From Candidatus Eiseniibacteriota bacterium (GTDB lineage: Bacteria; Eisenbacteria; RBG-16-71-46): 24,602 nt of DNA. Made by a program: the position numbers and the translations under genes. Positions 1 to 7,467 of this stretch are shown here, piece by piece. The stretch spans positions 1-24,602 of the forward strand of contig JANLOX010000095.1 in the NCBI GenBank assembly GCA_031366795.1. Direction: 5' to 3'. The notes beneath the pieces are model-generated. The model was not told the origin of the DNA and ran no database searches. It was given only the letters and a program-made list of their open reading frames with translations. Numbering within the stretch: position 1 is the first letter of the stretch; every line of letters starts with the position of its first letter.

Positions 1-352
1 CGAGACGGTTCATGTTGTCCAACGGCGGAGCGAGCGGTGTCACCGTCCAGTAACGCGACCAGGCGCCGTTGGGACCGCAGCTCTCGTTGTTCGTGGCGCC
101 CGGATGCCGGCCCTGCGCGAGATCCGGCGACGATGACCCCAACGCGCGAAGTTGCTCCATCCTGTCCTGCGCGTAGTAATTGCCGGAGGTGCGCTCGCGG
201 TCCTTGATCGATTCCCGCGTCGATGTCGGAATGAGCCGCGCCACGGCCAGGATGCCGAGCGTCAACACGACGAGCATGATCATCAGCTCGACCAGGGAGA
301 AGCCGCGCGATTCGCGTCGCGCCAGCGCGGGATGCCGTCGCATGGGTCTCAT
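1..352 (-). CDS. Type IV pilus minor pilin, PilV-like, prepilin N-terminal methylation domain (3'-partial, runs off window start)
   Basis: Absent from the ORF track; translated by hand from ATG 352: MRPMRRHPALARRESRG|FSLVELMIMLVVLTLGILAVARLIP...NYYAQDRMEQLRA. Class III signal G|FxxxE is followed by a hydrophobic helix and a PilV-like AQDxMExLR segment. Frame is open to the window edge and starts 1 nt after the upstream stop. Confidence 0.88.
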   Translation of the reverse strand, partial: MRPMRRHPALARRESRGFSLVELMIMLVVLTLGILAVARLIPTSTRESIKDRERTSGNYYAQDRMEQLRALGSSSPDLAQGRHPGATNNESCGPNGAWSRYWTVTPLAPPLDNMNRL

Positions 353-353
353 T

Positions 354-794
354 TCAGTAGATCATCACCAGTCCCGAGAGCCGTACGCTCACGGTGTCAC
401 GGTCGCCACGATCGCTCTGCAGTATGATGAGCCCTGAGTCGAGGCAGCGCCCATCGGAAGTCATCCGATACGAGTTCTGGGTTCCGGAACTCCACAGGTA
501 GTCGATCTGTGCCGGCAGCTTCCACGACGGGTTCGCCGTGGTGCCGTCCCAGATGTGGTAATCCGAGCCTTGAAAGCTTTTCATGAAGCGGATCATCTGC
601 GTGTTCCCCGTCGACAAAGCACGCTCACGCGCCAACTCCAGCTGGGTCGCGACACTCTTCGCTGCGCTGTGGACGTCGTTGCCCTGCGTGAAGCCACGGA
701 ACGCAGGGATCGCCGCCGCCAGAAGCAGGCCGATGATGACCATCACGACCATCAGCTCCAGCAGTGAGAATCCGTCGTCGAACTGCTCTCTCAT
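354..794 (-). CDS. GspH/FimT-family minor pilin or pseudopilin
   Basis: MREQFDDG|FSLLELMVVMVIIGLLLAAAIPAF prepilin motif; FimT-like segment SAAKSVATQLELARERA; C-terminal VSVRLSGLV strand. Confidence 0.88.
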   Translation of the reverse strand: MREQFDDGFSLLELMVVMVIIGLLLAAAIPAFRGFTQGNDVHSAAKSVATQLELARERALSTGNTQMIRFMKSFQGSDYHIWDGTTANPSWKLPAQIDYLWSSGTQNSYRMTSDGRCLDSGLIILQSDRGDRDTVSVRLSGLVMIY

Positions 795-817
795 GTGCGC
801 TACCCACTAATGGGGAA

Positions 818-833
818 TGCATAAACCGTGTCA
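818..833 (-). promoter_or_regulatory. Imperfect sigma-54 (-24/-12) promoter candidate for the pilin operon
   Basis: Minus strand reads TGACACGGTTTATGCA against consensus TGGCACGNNNNTTGCW. Spacing is correct but the conserved GG is GA. Confidence 0.25.
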
Positions 834-1082
834 CGCGCCAGGCAGGGCCGGGCGCGAACGGAGTGATGTGTCGTTCCCCGCGGTTTTCGGCCACTTACGG
901 GACTGCCTTGAGAGCAATCTCGAAATGCCCGGGGGCCGAGGGAGGGACGCGCGCAATGCGGATCGCCCGGATCGCATGGTGTCCTGCACGCCCGGACCTG
1001 ACCCGCGCGCGCCATCTGCTGCCGGTCCGCGTTGCGGCCGGGCGGCCGGTGAGCCGGCGATGCGCAGTGTTTCCCGCGCGTC

Positions 1083-2207
1083 TCAGGCGGCGCGGGCGCC
1101 GGTCCCCGTGGAATCGTCGGCCAGCCGAATTCCCGGCACCTGGTTCAGCAACAGCCGCACGTTGTCCAGGTCGGTTCGCAGGCAGTTCTGCCGCCAGAGG
1201 AGCTGGGGGTCCAGTTCCGCATGCAGGCGGATGGCGTGGTCCGCGCGCTCCGAGACGCACAGCAATTCGCCCAGCGGATCCGGCGGCCCGTCGGCCGGCT
1301 GGTGGTGGTAGGCGATCGCCCGGGCGGCCGGGACGCCGAGGTTCCAGCGCAATGCCGCGATGCCACCCAGAGGTTCGTGCAGCCAGTTCAGCATGTTGAA
1401 CAGGAACCGGTCGGGCACCAGGACCTCGCGGCGCTGGCTCGAACGCAGTTGCGACAGGTAGTGGAACACGATCAGCTTGCCCATGTCGTGCAACAGGCCC
1501 ACCGTGAAGGCGGTCTCGGGCGCGGCCCCGAATGCCGGAGCGAGCGCGCGCGCGATCGGTGCGGTGCGCGTCATGTGCGACCACACCTCACCGACCAACT
1601 GGTTGTACGCGCCGCCGGGCCGGCATAGCAGGCCTTCGACCATGTTCGTCGTGACGATCGATTCGACGCCCCGCATGCCCACCCATTGGATCGCTTCCGG
1701 GATGGCGAGGCAGGACTCGCTGCCGCGGTGGTAGAACGACGAGTTCGCCGCCTGCAGCAGCGCGCGCGTCAGCGCAGGATCCTGCGCGAAGATGTCGGCC
1801 ACCTGGGTCGCGTTGCTCACGGAATCGCGCGCCGCGGCCAGCGCGCGTTGCGCCGCCGCCGGCGGTTGCCGGATCACCGTGTCACCCAACTGGCGCAACT
1901 CCTTCAGGATCGTGGGACCGTCGGTGTTTTCGCTGCCCGGGGGCGCTGCGCGCATCATGAAGTCGCACTGCTCGTTGACGGTCTCGACGAGAGTGGTGTA
2001 CAGGGCTTGCTCGGCCGGCGTCAGTTCGCGGGTAGCGGGCGCCGTTTCACCGGCGTTCTCGGCAGCCGCGGCTGCGGCGGGCGGACCGGACGGCGGTAGG
2101 TTCGGCAGCGAAGCCGCGATTGTCCCGGGTGCGCGGGATGCGGGCGGTTGGGCGCCCTGGGGCCCCTTTATGGGGCGAAACCAGTTCCGGGAATTGGGAG
2201 ACAACAC
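1083..2207 (-). CDS. HDOD domain protein (HD-related output domain) with Pro/Ala-rich N-terminal extension
   Basis: Motifs QDPALTRALLQAANSSFY, EAIQWVG, VWSHM, AFTVGLLHDMGKL, RWNL and IAYHHQP. Start placed at GTG 2207 (or TTG 2204) behind SD AGGAGA at 2216-2211, not at 2630. Confidence 0.88.
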   Translation of the reverse strand: MLSPNSRNWFRPIKGPQGAQPPASRAPGTIAASLPNLPPSGPPAAAAAAENAGETAPATRELTPAEQALYTTLVETVNEQCDFMMRAAPPGSENTDGPTILKELRQLGDTVIRQPPAAAQRALAAARDSVSNATQVADIFAQDPALTRALLQAANSSFYHRGSESCLAIPEAIQWVGMRGVESIVTTNMVEGLLCRPGGAYNQLVGEVWSHMTRTAPIARALAPAFGAAPETAFTVGLLHDMGKLIVFHYLSQLRSSQRREVLVPDRFLFNMLNWLHEPLGGIAALRWNLGVPAARAIAYHHQPADGPPDPLGELLCVSERADHAIRLHAELDPQLLWRQNCLRTDLDNVRLLLNQVPGIRLADDSTGTGARAA

Positions 2208-2266
2208 GGTTCTCCTGATCCGCGCGGCCGGCGAGCAGGCCAACCCTGGCCCAGCCCGCGAAACCG

Positions 2267-2482
2267 CTAGCTTAGCCAAGTTATCGGCGGATTGTTCGCA
2301 ACAATCAGCGAAAATTTTGAATATGCGTGGTAGGTCCGCAACGCGGGCATGATGAAGTGCCTGACGATCGCCGCGAGGGTCAGCACGACCAGCAGCGCCA
2401 TCAGTAAAAAGTCGCGCTGGAGGTTTGCCCGCTGGTTTCGCAGGTGTGGATCCTGAAGCCGGACTTGCAATGTGGGTGCCAT
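2267..2482 (-). CDS. Candidate small single-TM membrane protein (71 aa)
   Basis: Hydrophobic stretch FLLMALLVVLTLAAIV with strongly G/C-ending codons; fills an otherwise empty gap. No recognised family and a weak SD. Confidence 0.35.
   Translation of the reverse strand: MAPTLQVRLQDPHLRNQRANLQRDFLLMALLVVLTLAAIVRHFIMPALRTYHAYSKFSLIVANNPPITWLS
2281..2309 (-). promoter_or_regulatory. Sigma-28-type -10 element (GCCGATAA) overlapped by a palindromic operator candidate upstream of the HDOD gene
   Basis: Minus strand GCCGATAA at 2288-2281. Inverted repeat GCGGATTGTT-CGC-AACAATCAGC at 2287-2309 with a perfect 7-3-7 core. The -35 match is poor. Confidence 0.4.
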
Positions 2483-2596
2483 CCGCGACGGCGTCCGGGA
2501 CCGCCGCCGCTCCCATGTCAGTCATCAAGTCGGTCGCGATTGTCCGCGCCTTCAAGCGCAGGCGCGCGGCGCCGACTGCGCTGCTCCGGCGCGGGA

Positions 2597-2605
2597 TGCT
2601 ATGCT
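2597..2605 (+). promoter_or_regulatory. Extended -10 promoter candidate (TGnTATGCT) for the aminotransferase
   Basis: TGCTATGCT lies about 27 nt before ATG 2633, followed by SD GAGGAG. Confidence 0.4.
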
Positions 2606-2632
2606 CGCCGCCACGAGGAGCTTGCCGCACCT

Positions 2633-3850
2633 ATGACCCAACCCCACGCGTTGTCCCAGCGCGCCGACAGCCTGCCCGCATCCCCGATCCGCCGCCTGGC
2701 GCCGTTTGCATTGAAGGCCCAGCAGGCGGGCAAGACCGTATATTCGCTCAACATCGGGCAGCCCGATATCCCGACGCCGCAGGTCATCCTCGACCGCATG
2801 CGCGCCTTCCCGGACCGCTACGTCGCCTATGGGCCGTCCCAGGGCATGCCCGAATTCATCGAGGCGCTGCGCGGCTACTACCGCTCGATCGGCGTGCCGC
2901 TCGAGTCGAACGAGATCTTCGTCACCAACGCCGGCAGCGAAGCGATCCAGTTCACGCTCGCGGCCCTGTGCGATCCCGGCGACCAAGTGCTCGTGTTCGA
3001 GCCGTTTTATACGAACTACTCAGGCTTCGCCGCGATGCTGGGCGTCGAGTTGGTGCCGGTCACGACGCGCGCCGAGGACGGTTACCACCTGCCATCACGC
3101 GCCGCGATCGAATCGAAGATCGGGCCGCGCACGCGCGCGCTCCTCATTTGTTCGCCGAACAACCCGACCGGCACCGTGTATTCCGACGCCGAGATGGCCA
3201 CGCTCGCGGCAATCGTCCAGGACAAGGGACTGTGGCTGGTCGCCGACGAGGTCTATCGCGAGTTCATCTATGAGGGCGGGCGGCACCACTCGGTGCTGTC
3301 GCTGAAGGCCATCGAGCAGCAGGCGGTGATGGTCGACAGCGTGTCCAAGCGCTATTCGCTGTGCGGCGCGCGTCTCGGCAACATCGTTTGTCGCAACCGC
3401 GACTTCATGGATGCGATCATGCGAATGGGCCAGGCGCGGCTGTGCGCCTCGACGCTGGCGCAATGGGCCTGCACGGCGTTGACCGAAGTGCCTGCGAGTT
3501 ACATGGCGGGTGTCGTGACCGAGTACCAGCAGCGCCGCGACACGGTGCTCGCGTCCTTGAGCGGCGAGCCGGGCGTACTCGTGCGCCGTCCCGAGGGGGC
3601 GTTTTACCTGTGCGTGAAGCTGCCGGTCGACGACTCGAACCGCTTCGCGGAGTTTCTGCTCAGCGACTTCGCACTTGAGGGCGAGACCGTGATGGTCGCT
3701 CCGGCCGACGGCTTCTACGCCACGCCGGGGCTTGGGGCTGATGAGATCCGCATCGCCTACGTGCTCGAGCAACCCAAGCTCAAGCGCGCGATGCGGGTGT
3801 TGACTGCCGCACTTGCCGTCTATCCCGGACGCATCGCCCGGGTTGGCTAG
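2633..3850 (+). CDS. PLP-dependent aminotransferase class I/II (aspartate aminotransferase family)
   Basis: Motifs LNIGQPD, YGPSQG, CSPNNPTG, VADEVYREF, SVSKRYSLCGARLG (PLP lysine), PEGAFY and IRIAY. ATG 2633 follows SD GAGGAG. Confidence 0.95.
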   Translation: MTQPHALSQRADSLPASPIRRLAPFALKAQQAGKTVYSLNIGQPDIPTPQVILDRMRAFPDRYVAYGPSQGMPEFIEALRGYYRSIGVPLESNEIFVTNAGSEAIQFTLAALCDPGDQVLVFEPFYTNYSGFAAMLGVELVPVTTRAEDGYHLPSRAAIESKIGPRTRALLICSPNNPTGTVYSDAEMATLAAIVQDKGLWLVADEVYREFIYEGGRHHSVLSLKAIEQQAVMVDSVSKRYSLCGARLGNIVCRNRDFMDAIMRMGQARLCASTLAQWACTALTEVPASYMAGVVTEYQQRRDTVLASLSGEPGVLVRRPEGAFYLCVKLPVDDSNRFAEFLLSDFALEGETVMVAPADGFYATPGLGADEIRIAYVLEQPKLKRAMRVLTAALAVYPGRIARVG

Positions 3851-3864
3851 TGTCTCGACCAGTC

Positions 3865-4482
3865 CTACCGCTCGTCCGAAGTCGTGAACACCGACTCCGG
3901 TAGCGGGCGCCCGAGGCAACGCGCTGCCGAGGCCACCATCAGCTCGGCCGGGGGTAGCGGACCGAAGTACATCGCCCGCAGCACACGGTGCGAGTCGATC
4001 ACGAAGTAAGCCGGCATGTGACGGCCCGTGCCCTCGTCGATGCTGTGGTACAGGTTGGCGATCGCCGACATCGGGTCACTCACCAGCGTCGTGGTCAGCC
4101 CCAGCTTGCGTGAGATCGCCGAGGCGCCACGGGTCGGCAGGTCCACCACGGCGACCGGACGCACGCCCATTTCATCCAACGCGGGCGCCAGCTTCTGGAT
4201 CGCGGCCAGGTTCTGCTCGGTCGGCGCGAACATCATGAGCACCGGCCCGCGCGACAGCAGTTCGTCCGAGCGATGCCAGCGGCCGTCCGCCGCGATGTAG
4301 GAAAACATCGGCGCGGGACCTGCGACTTGCAGCGACGCCGCGTCGGGCTCGACCGACAGGGGCATGAGCATGCGTCGCTCAGTCCCCGGCGGCGGAGCGA
4401 AATTCATGGGCGATGGGCTTGCGGCCCACACTTGTGTCGCGAAGAGCAGCGTGATGCTGGCAGCGTAAATACTGCGGTGCAT
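3865..4482 (-). CDS. Secreted AhpC/TSA-redoxin-fold protein lacking the catalytic cysteine motif
   Basis: Signal peptide ending VWA. Redoxin landmarks LQVAGPAPMFSY, GPVLMMF, LVSDP-IANLY and PAYFVID are present, but there is no CxxC or peroxidatic Cys. ATG 4482 follows SD GAGGAGGA. Confidence 0.7.
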   Translation of the reverse strand: MHRSIYAASITLLFATQVWAASPSPMNFAPPPGTERRMLMPLSVEPDAASLQVAGPAPMFSYIAADGRWHRSDELLSRGPVLMMFAPTEQNLAAIQKLAPALDEMGVRPVAVVDLPTRGASAISRKLGLTTTLVSDPMSAIANLYHSIDEGTGRHMPAYFVIDSHRVLRAMYFGPLPPAELMVASAARCLGRPLPESVFTTSDER

Positions 4483-4554
4483 GAACCTGTCCTCCTCGCG
4501 AGTCGTTGTCGAGCAAAGGTGCCTGGGCCCGACCATCGCCCGCTCCTAAACAAC

Positions 4555-4570
4555 TGCAATCAGGAGGCCA
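4555..4570 (-). promoter_or_regulatory. Sigma-54 (-24/-12) promoter candidate
   Basis: Minus strand TGGCCTCCTGATTGCA: TGGC and TTGCA at exact consensus spacing, about 70 nt upstream of ATG 4482. Confidence 0.55.
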
Positions 4571-4736
4571 GCCGAATTCCGGCGCATCTTCGTGTCACTG
4601 CGTGGGGCGTGTGCTTTGACCCATTGCGAGTCGAAACAGGAGGTGCAGATTGCGTGGCGGATGAGGCATGATCGCGAACATGAACCTTCAATCATTCAAT
4701 GGAGCGCGCGATGGGGTAGTGGCTGCGGCGCGGGGC

Positions 4737-5228
4737 GTGATCCGTCGTAGTGCAATGGCGTGGTGGGCGATCGCTCTGCTGATGCTCGGACTCGCGGCGT
4801 GTGCGCCAGCTCACCCAACCGCGGGCGGCGCGACCGCCGACGGCGCCAGCGAAGTCTCACGGACTTCGAACGCGCCGCCGGATCGCTCCACGCCGCCCGA
4901 ACGGAAGACCCGGCCGCGAAGCGAGTGGCGCGATGTCGGCTTCCGCACGATGGCGCTGTTCAAGGAGCACTACGCCAAACACGGGCGCGAATTCGGCGAC
5001 ATCTCGCCGTCGGAGTACCTGGCGCAAGCGCAGGCGCTGCGCGACGGGCCAAGCGGCGGCAACGTACTCGAGATGGTGCGCGACGACGGGGTCACGACGC
5101 GGCTTGACCGCGGAAGCGGCACGTTCATCGCGTTCAACCGCAACGGCACGATACGGACATGCTTCAAGCCGCGGGACGGCGAGCGTTACTTCAGGCGCCA
5201 GGCAATGCGTAACGAAGGGGGGCGATGA
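4737..5228 (+). CDS. Lipoprotein with C-terminal polymorphic-toxin-like (pyocin large subunit/COG5529-like, putative BECR-fold RNase) domain
   Basis: GTG 4737 gives MIRRSAMAWWAIALLMLG-LAA|C (Cys codon 4800-4802); alternative starts are 4668 and 4755. A low-complexity linker precedes EHYAKHGREFG...EYLAQAQ...D...F...GTIRTCFKPRDGERYF. Confidence 0.72.
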   Translation: MIRRSAMAWWAIALLMLGLAACAPAHPTAGGATADGASEVSRTSNAPPDRSTPPERKTRPRSEWRDVGFRTMALFKEHYAKHGREFGDISPSEYLAQAQALRDGPSGGNVLEMVRDDGVTTRLDRGSGTFIAFNRNGTIRTCFKPRDGERYFRRQAMRNEGGR

Positions 5229-5632
5229 TGGGGGACGATACGGTGCGCGAATTCCTGCATTCGCGTGGCTGTCCGGACGATGTGGTGACGCTCGGTTTGC
5301 GGGGACTGCTCGATGCGTGGGAGCGCGCGGTGGAGCAGGTCGAGGGCGGGTACCCGCTCGGGCTCGATGACTACCTGAACGATCTCGACGGCCGCCAGTT
5401 GCTGGAAGATGCGCTCGAGGTGGCGCCGAAGTTGGATAGGGCCGCCGCGCGCGTGCGCGTCGAGGGAGCCGATGCGCGCATGCGTCGCGTGGCGCGCATC
5501 ATCCATGAATGCCTGTGGGGCAGGCGTGTCGCCGAGCAAGAGGGTTGGACCGCCGACCAAAACTGGTGGTACTTCGCCGTACCCCAGAAGCCCGGCCCCA
5601 CGTTGCGAGAGGACCTCAACCCCAGCAACTAG
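5225..5632 (+). CDS. Small acidic hypothetical protein; candidate cognate immunity protein
   Basis: ATGA overlap with the stop of the toxin-like gene; no signal peptide; motifs WERAVEQVEGGY, DDYLNDLDGR and WWYFAVP; coding-like codon bias. Confidence 0.7.
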   Translation: MMGDDTVREFLHSRGCPDDVVTLGLRGLLDAWERAVEQVEGGYPLGLDDYLNDLDGRQLLEDALEVAPKLDRAAARVRVEGADARMRRVARIIHECLWGRRVAEQEGWTADQNWWYFAVPQKPGPTLREDLNPSN

Positions 5633-5675
5633 CCACGGCAGGCCAACGCAGCAATCGGGGTTTTGCAGCAGCCCG

Positions 5676-6119
5676 CTAGTGGACTTGCGGCGGCGGGGGC
5701 ATCGGGGGGCCGCCCTGCGGTGGCCGCACCTCGACGATCTTCAGGTCGATGGACGCCTTCTCGTCGTCGCCGATCAAAACGCTGAACATGTAATCGCCCG
5801 GCTTGGTGAACTGGATGTTGTTCACCATCAGGATGTGATTGAGCCGGATCGGCGAGCCCGGCGGCGTTCCCGTCGGCACCATCAGCTGGGCGCTGATCTT
5901 GAAGAGCTTCTGGCCGTCACTGTCGGCGAGCTGCAGTTCGATCTGGCGGCCCTTGCCCTCTTCCGCGCGCGAGGCCTCGAAGCGCAGCACCAGCGCCATC
6001 TGCGGGTGCACGACCGGGAAGCTCTGGGCGCCGAGCGCATTGAAGATGCCGAGGATATTGAGCTTGCCGTCGCCGGAGATGTTGGCGGCATCGGCGAGCA
6101 GGGCGAGCGTGACTTCCAT
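5676..6119 (-). CDS. DUF6941-like beta-sandwich protein
   Basis: MEVTLALLADAA..DGKLNILGIF..FPVVHP..LVLRF...F-KPGDY-F-V pattern; ATG 6119 after SD GAGG; Pro-rich tail. Confidence 0.75.
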   Translation of the reverse strand: MEVTLALLADAANISGDGKLNILGIFNALGAQSFPVVHPQMALVLRFEASRAEEGKGRQIELQLADSDGQKLFKISAQLMVPTGTPPGSPIRLNHILMVNNIQFTKPGDYMFSVLIGDDEKASIDLKIVEVRPPQGGPPMPPPPQVH

Positions 6120-6268
6120 GGTGGCCTCGAGTCGAAGGTGGGCGTGGAGCGCGCGGGCCGGATGGGCATGAAGAGCGCGCGCAGGTGTTCGCGCAACCAG
6201 CCTACAATGCCGCGGCCGTGGCGTCGATCCCGCCACGGCCGTGCCCTGCGTGCTGCGTGTCGCCCGCG

Positions 6269-7261
6269 TTACCAGCGCGGCGGCTGCGCGAATCCCAACT
6301 CGCCCCGTTCCCGCTCGAACACCCGCGGCCGGCGGAGGTTAATTCCCCGGGCCTGCAGGCCCTGGGCGTACTCGTAGCGCAGCGTCAGCTGGTCCGCGGC
6401 CCACTTCTGCGGCTCGAAGCTCGTCTGCTGCACCGGGTCGTAGCGACGGTCGCCCCAGCCCGTTCCCGGCGCCGACTGCTGCACTTCGTCACGCGCCATG
6501 TCCTTGCTCGTCATCGAACGCAGATCGGACTGCGGCACCGCCTTCATTTCACCCACGCCGCGCGGGGCGTCCTGCATGCTCGGCGCCGGAGCGGCTTCGT
6601 TCGTCGCCTGGGGCGCCGCGGCGCCACCATCATAGGAGTCACGGGAGTCACGGCTGTCGTTGCGACGCGGGCGCTGCTTCGGGCTCACCCTGCCCCACCA
6701 CGGCTGCTGCTCGATTTCACGGAAGGCAGCCACGCGGATCCAGCCCATGTCGCCGTTGGCCTGGCCGGTGCGTTCGGCGTAGGAGCGCTGCTCATCGACG
6801 AACACGAAGCGGCGAACGTCATCCAGCGAACTGCGCCAGCCCTGGATCTCGGCGCTCTCCCATGCATCGAGCACGTACATCTGTTCGTGACGGTCCAGCG
6901 AGGAGCGCTCGCCGTTGACCACGTTGAGCCCGTCGACCGAGATCACGACGCCGATCCGCCGGCCAGTGGTGTTGCGCACCACGAGCGAGTAGTTGCGGCC
7001 CTGGTACGCCTGGAAATAATGGCGGTCTGAGGTGCTGGGCTTGAAGAACAACGGCGCGCTGGCGCCATCGACCTTGACCAGCACATCGACGACGTTGCCC
7101 TCGACCGCAGTGTGCGACGGCGTGCCGTAGCTGCCGCGGCGCGCATAGGTCCAGGGATCGGCGGAAGCGGTGGTGGCCATCGCGAAGCCCGCAATCGTGA
7201 GGATGAACCCCAGTGCTGCAAGGGCGAGCGGCGAGTGGGTCTTGATCGTGGCGGTGTTCAT
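6269..7261 (-). CDS. Secreted hypothetical protein
   Basis: Signal peptide ending ASA|D; motifs YSLVVRN, VISVDGLNVVNG, IQGWR, RSYAERTG and GTGWG; ATG 7261 follows SD GAGGAGGA. Confidence 0.8.
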   Translation of the reverse strand: MNTATIKTHSPLALAALGFILTIAGFAMATTASADPWTYARRGSYGTPSHTAVEGNVVDVLVKVDGASAPLFFKPSTSDRHYFQAYQGRNYSLVVRNTTGRRIGVVISVDGLNVVNGERSSLDRHEQMYVLDAWESAEIQGWRSSLDDVRRFVFVDEQRSYAERTGQANGDMGWIRVAAFREIEQQPWWGRVSPKQRPRRNDSRDSRDSYDGGAAAPQATNEAAPAPSMQDAPRGVGEMKAVPQSDLRSMTSKDMARDEVQQSAPGTGWGDRRYDPVQQTSFEPQKWAADQLTLRYEYAQGLQARGINLRRPRVFERERGELGFAQPPRW

Positions 7262-7308
7262 GGCGTCCTCCTCGTGTCGGTGGTCATGCGTCCTAGTCAA
7301 CTTGCCTT

Positions 7309-7324
7309 CGCATGAACTACGCCA
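7309..7324 (-). promoter_or_regulatory. Sigma-54 promoter candidate (overlaps an ECF-like GGAAT-N17-CGTA arrangement)
   Basis: Minus strand TGGCGTAGTTCATGCG has GG and GC at -24/-12 spacing, about 50 nt upstream of ATG 7261. Confidence 0.4.
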
Positions 7325-7467
7325 GATACAGGAAGGTTATTCCAAACCCAGAAACGCCAGCATATGCAGGGTTTGTTGCCGCCAAGGGCGAGCGTAAGCG
7401 TCGCAACCCCGCCACACCTCCCGCGACACAGGGGTTGGCCGTCACCCCCAGCCGTCCCGGGCCCGGC

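Noticed and set aside
795..1082. Possible riboswitch or small ORF (800-1015) upstream of the pilin genes
   Set aside because: Only imperfect GC-rich hairpins, no c-di-GMP-I consensus, and the ORF has no coding-like features.
2208..2630. Long N-terminal extension of the 515-aa HDOD ORF
   Set aside because: It reads as non-coding-like sequence, spans promoter-like elements and a better small ORF in another frame, and a good SD sits directly before 2207/2204.
4650..4667. Selenocysteine or read-through at the in-frame TGA 4662-4664
   Set aside because: It would lie in a pre-signal N-terminal stretch with no redox motif, and no SECIS-like hairpin was recognised.
6636..6653. 9-nt tandem repeat GAGTCACGG x2
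   Set aside because: An in-frame coding duplication (DSRDSR) inside a low-complexity linker; not a CRISPR or contingency repeat.
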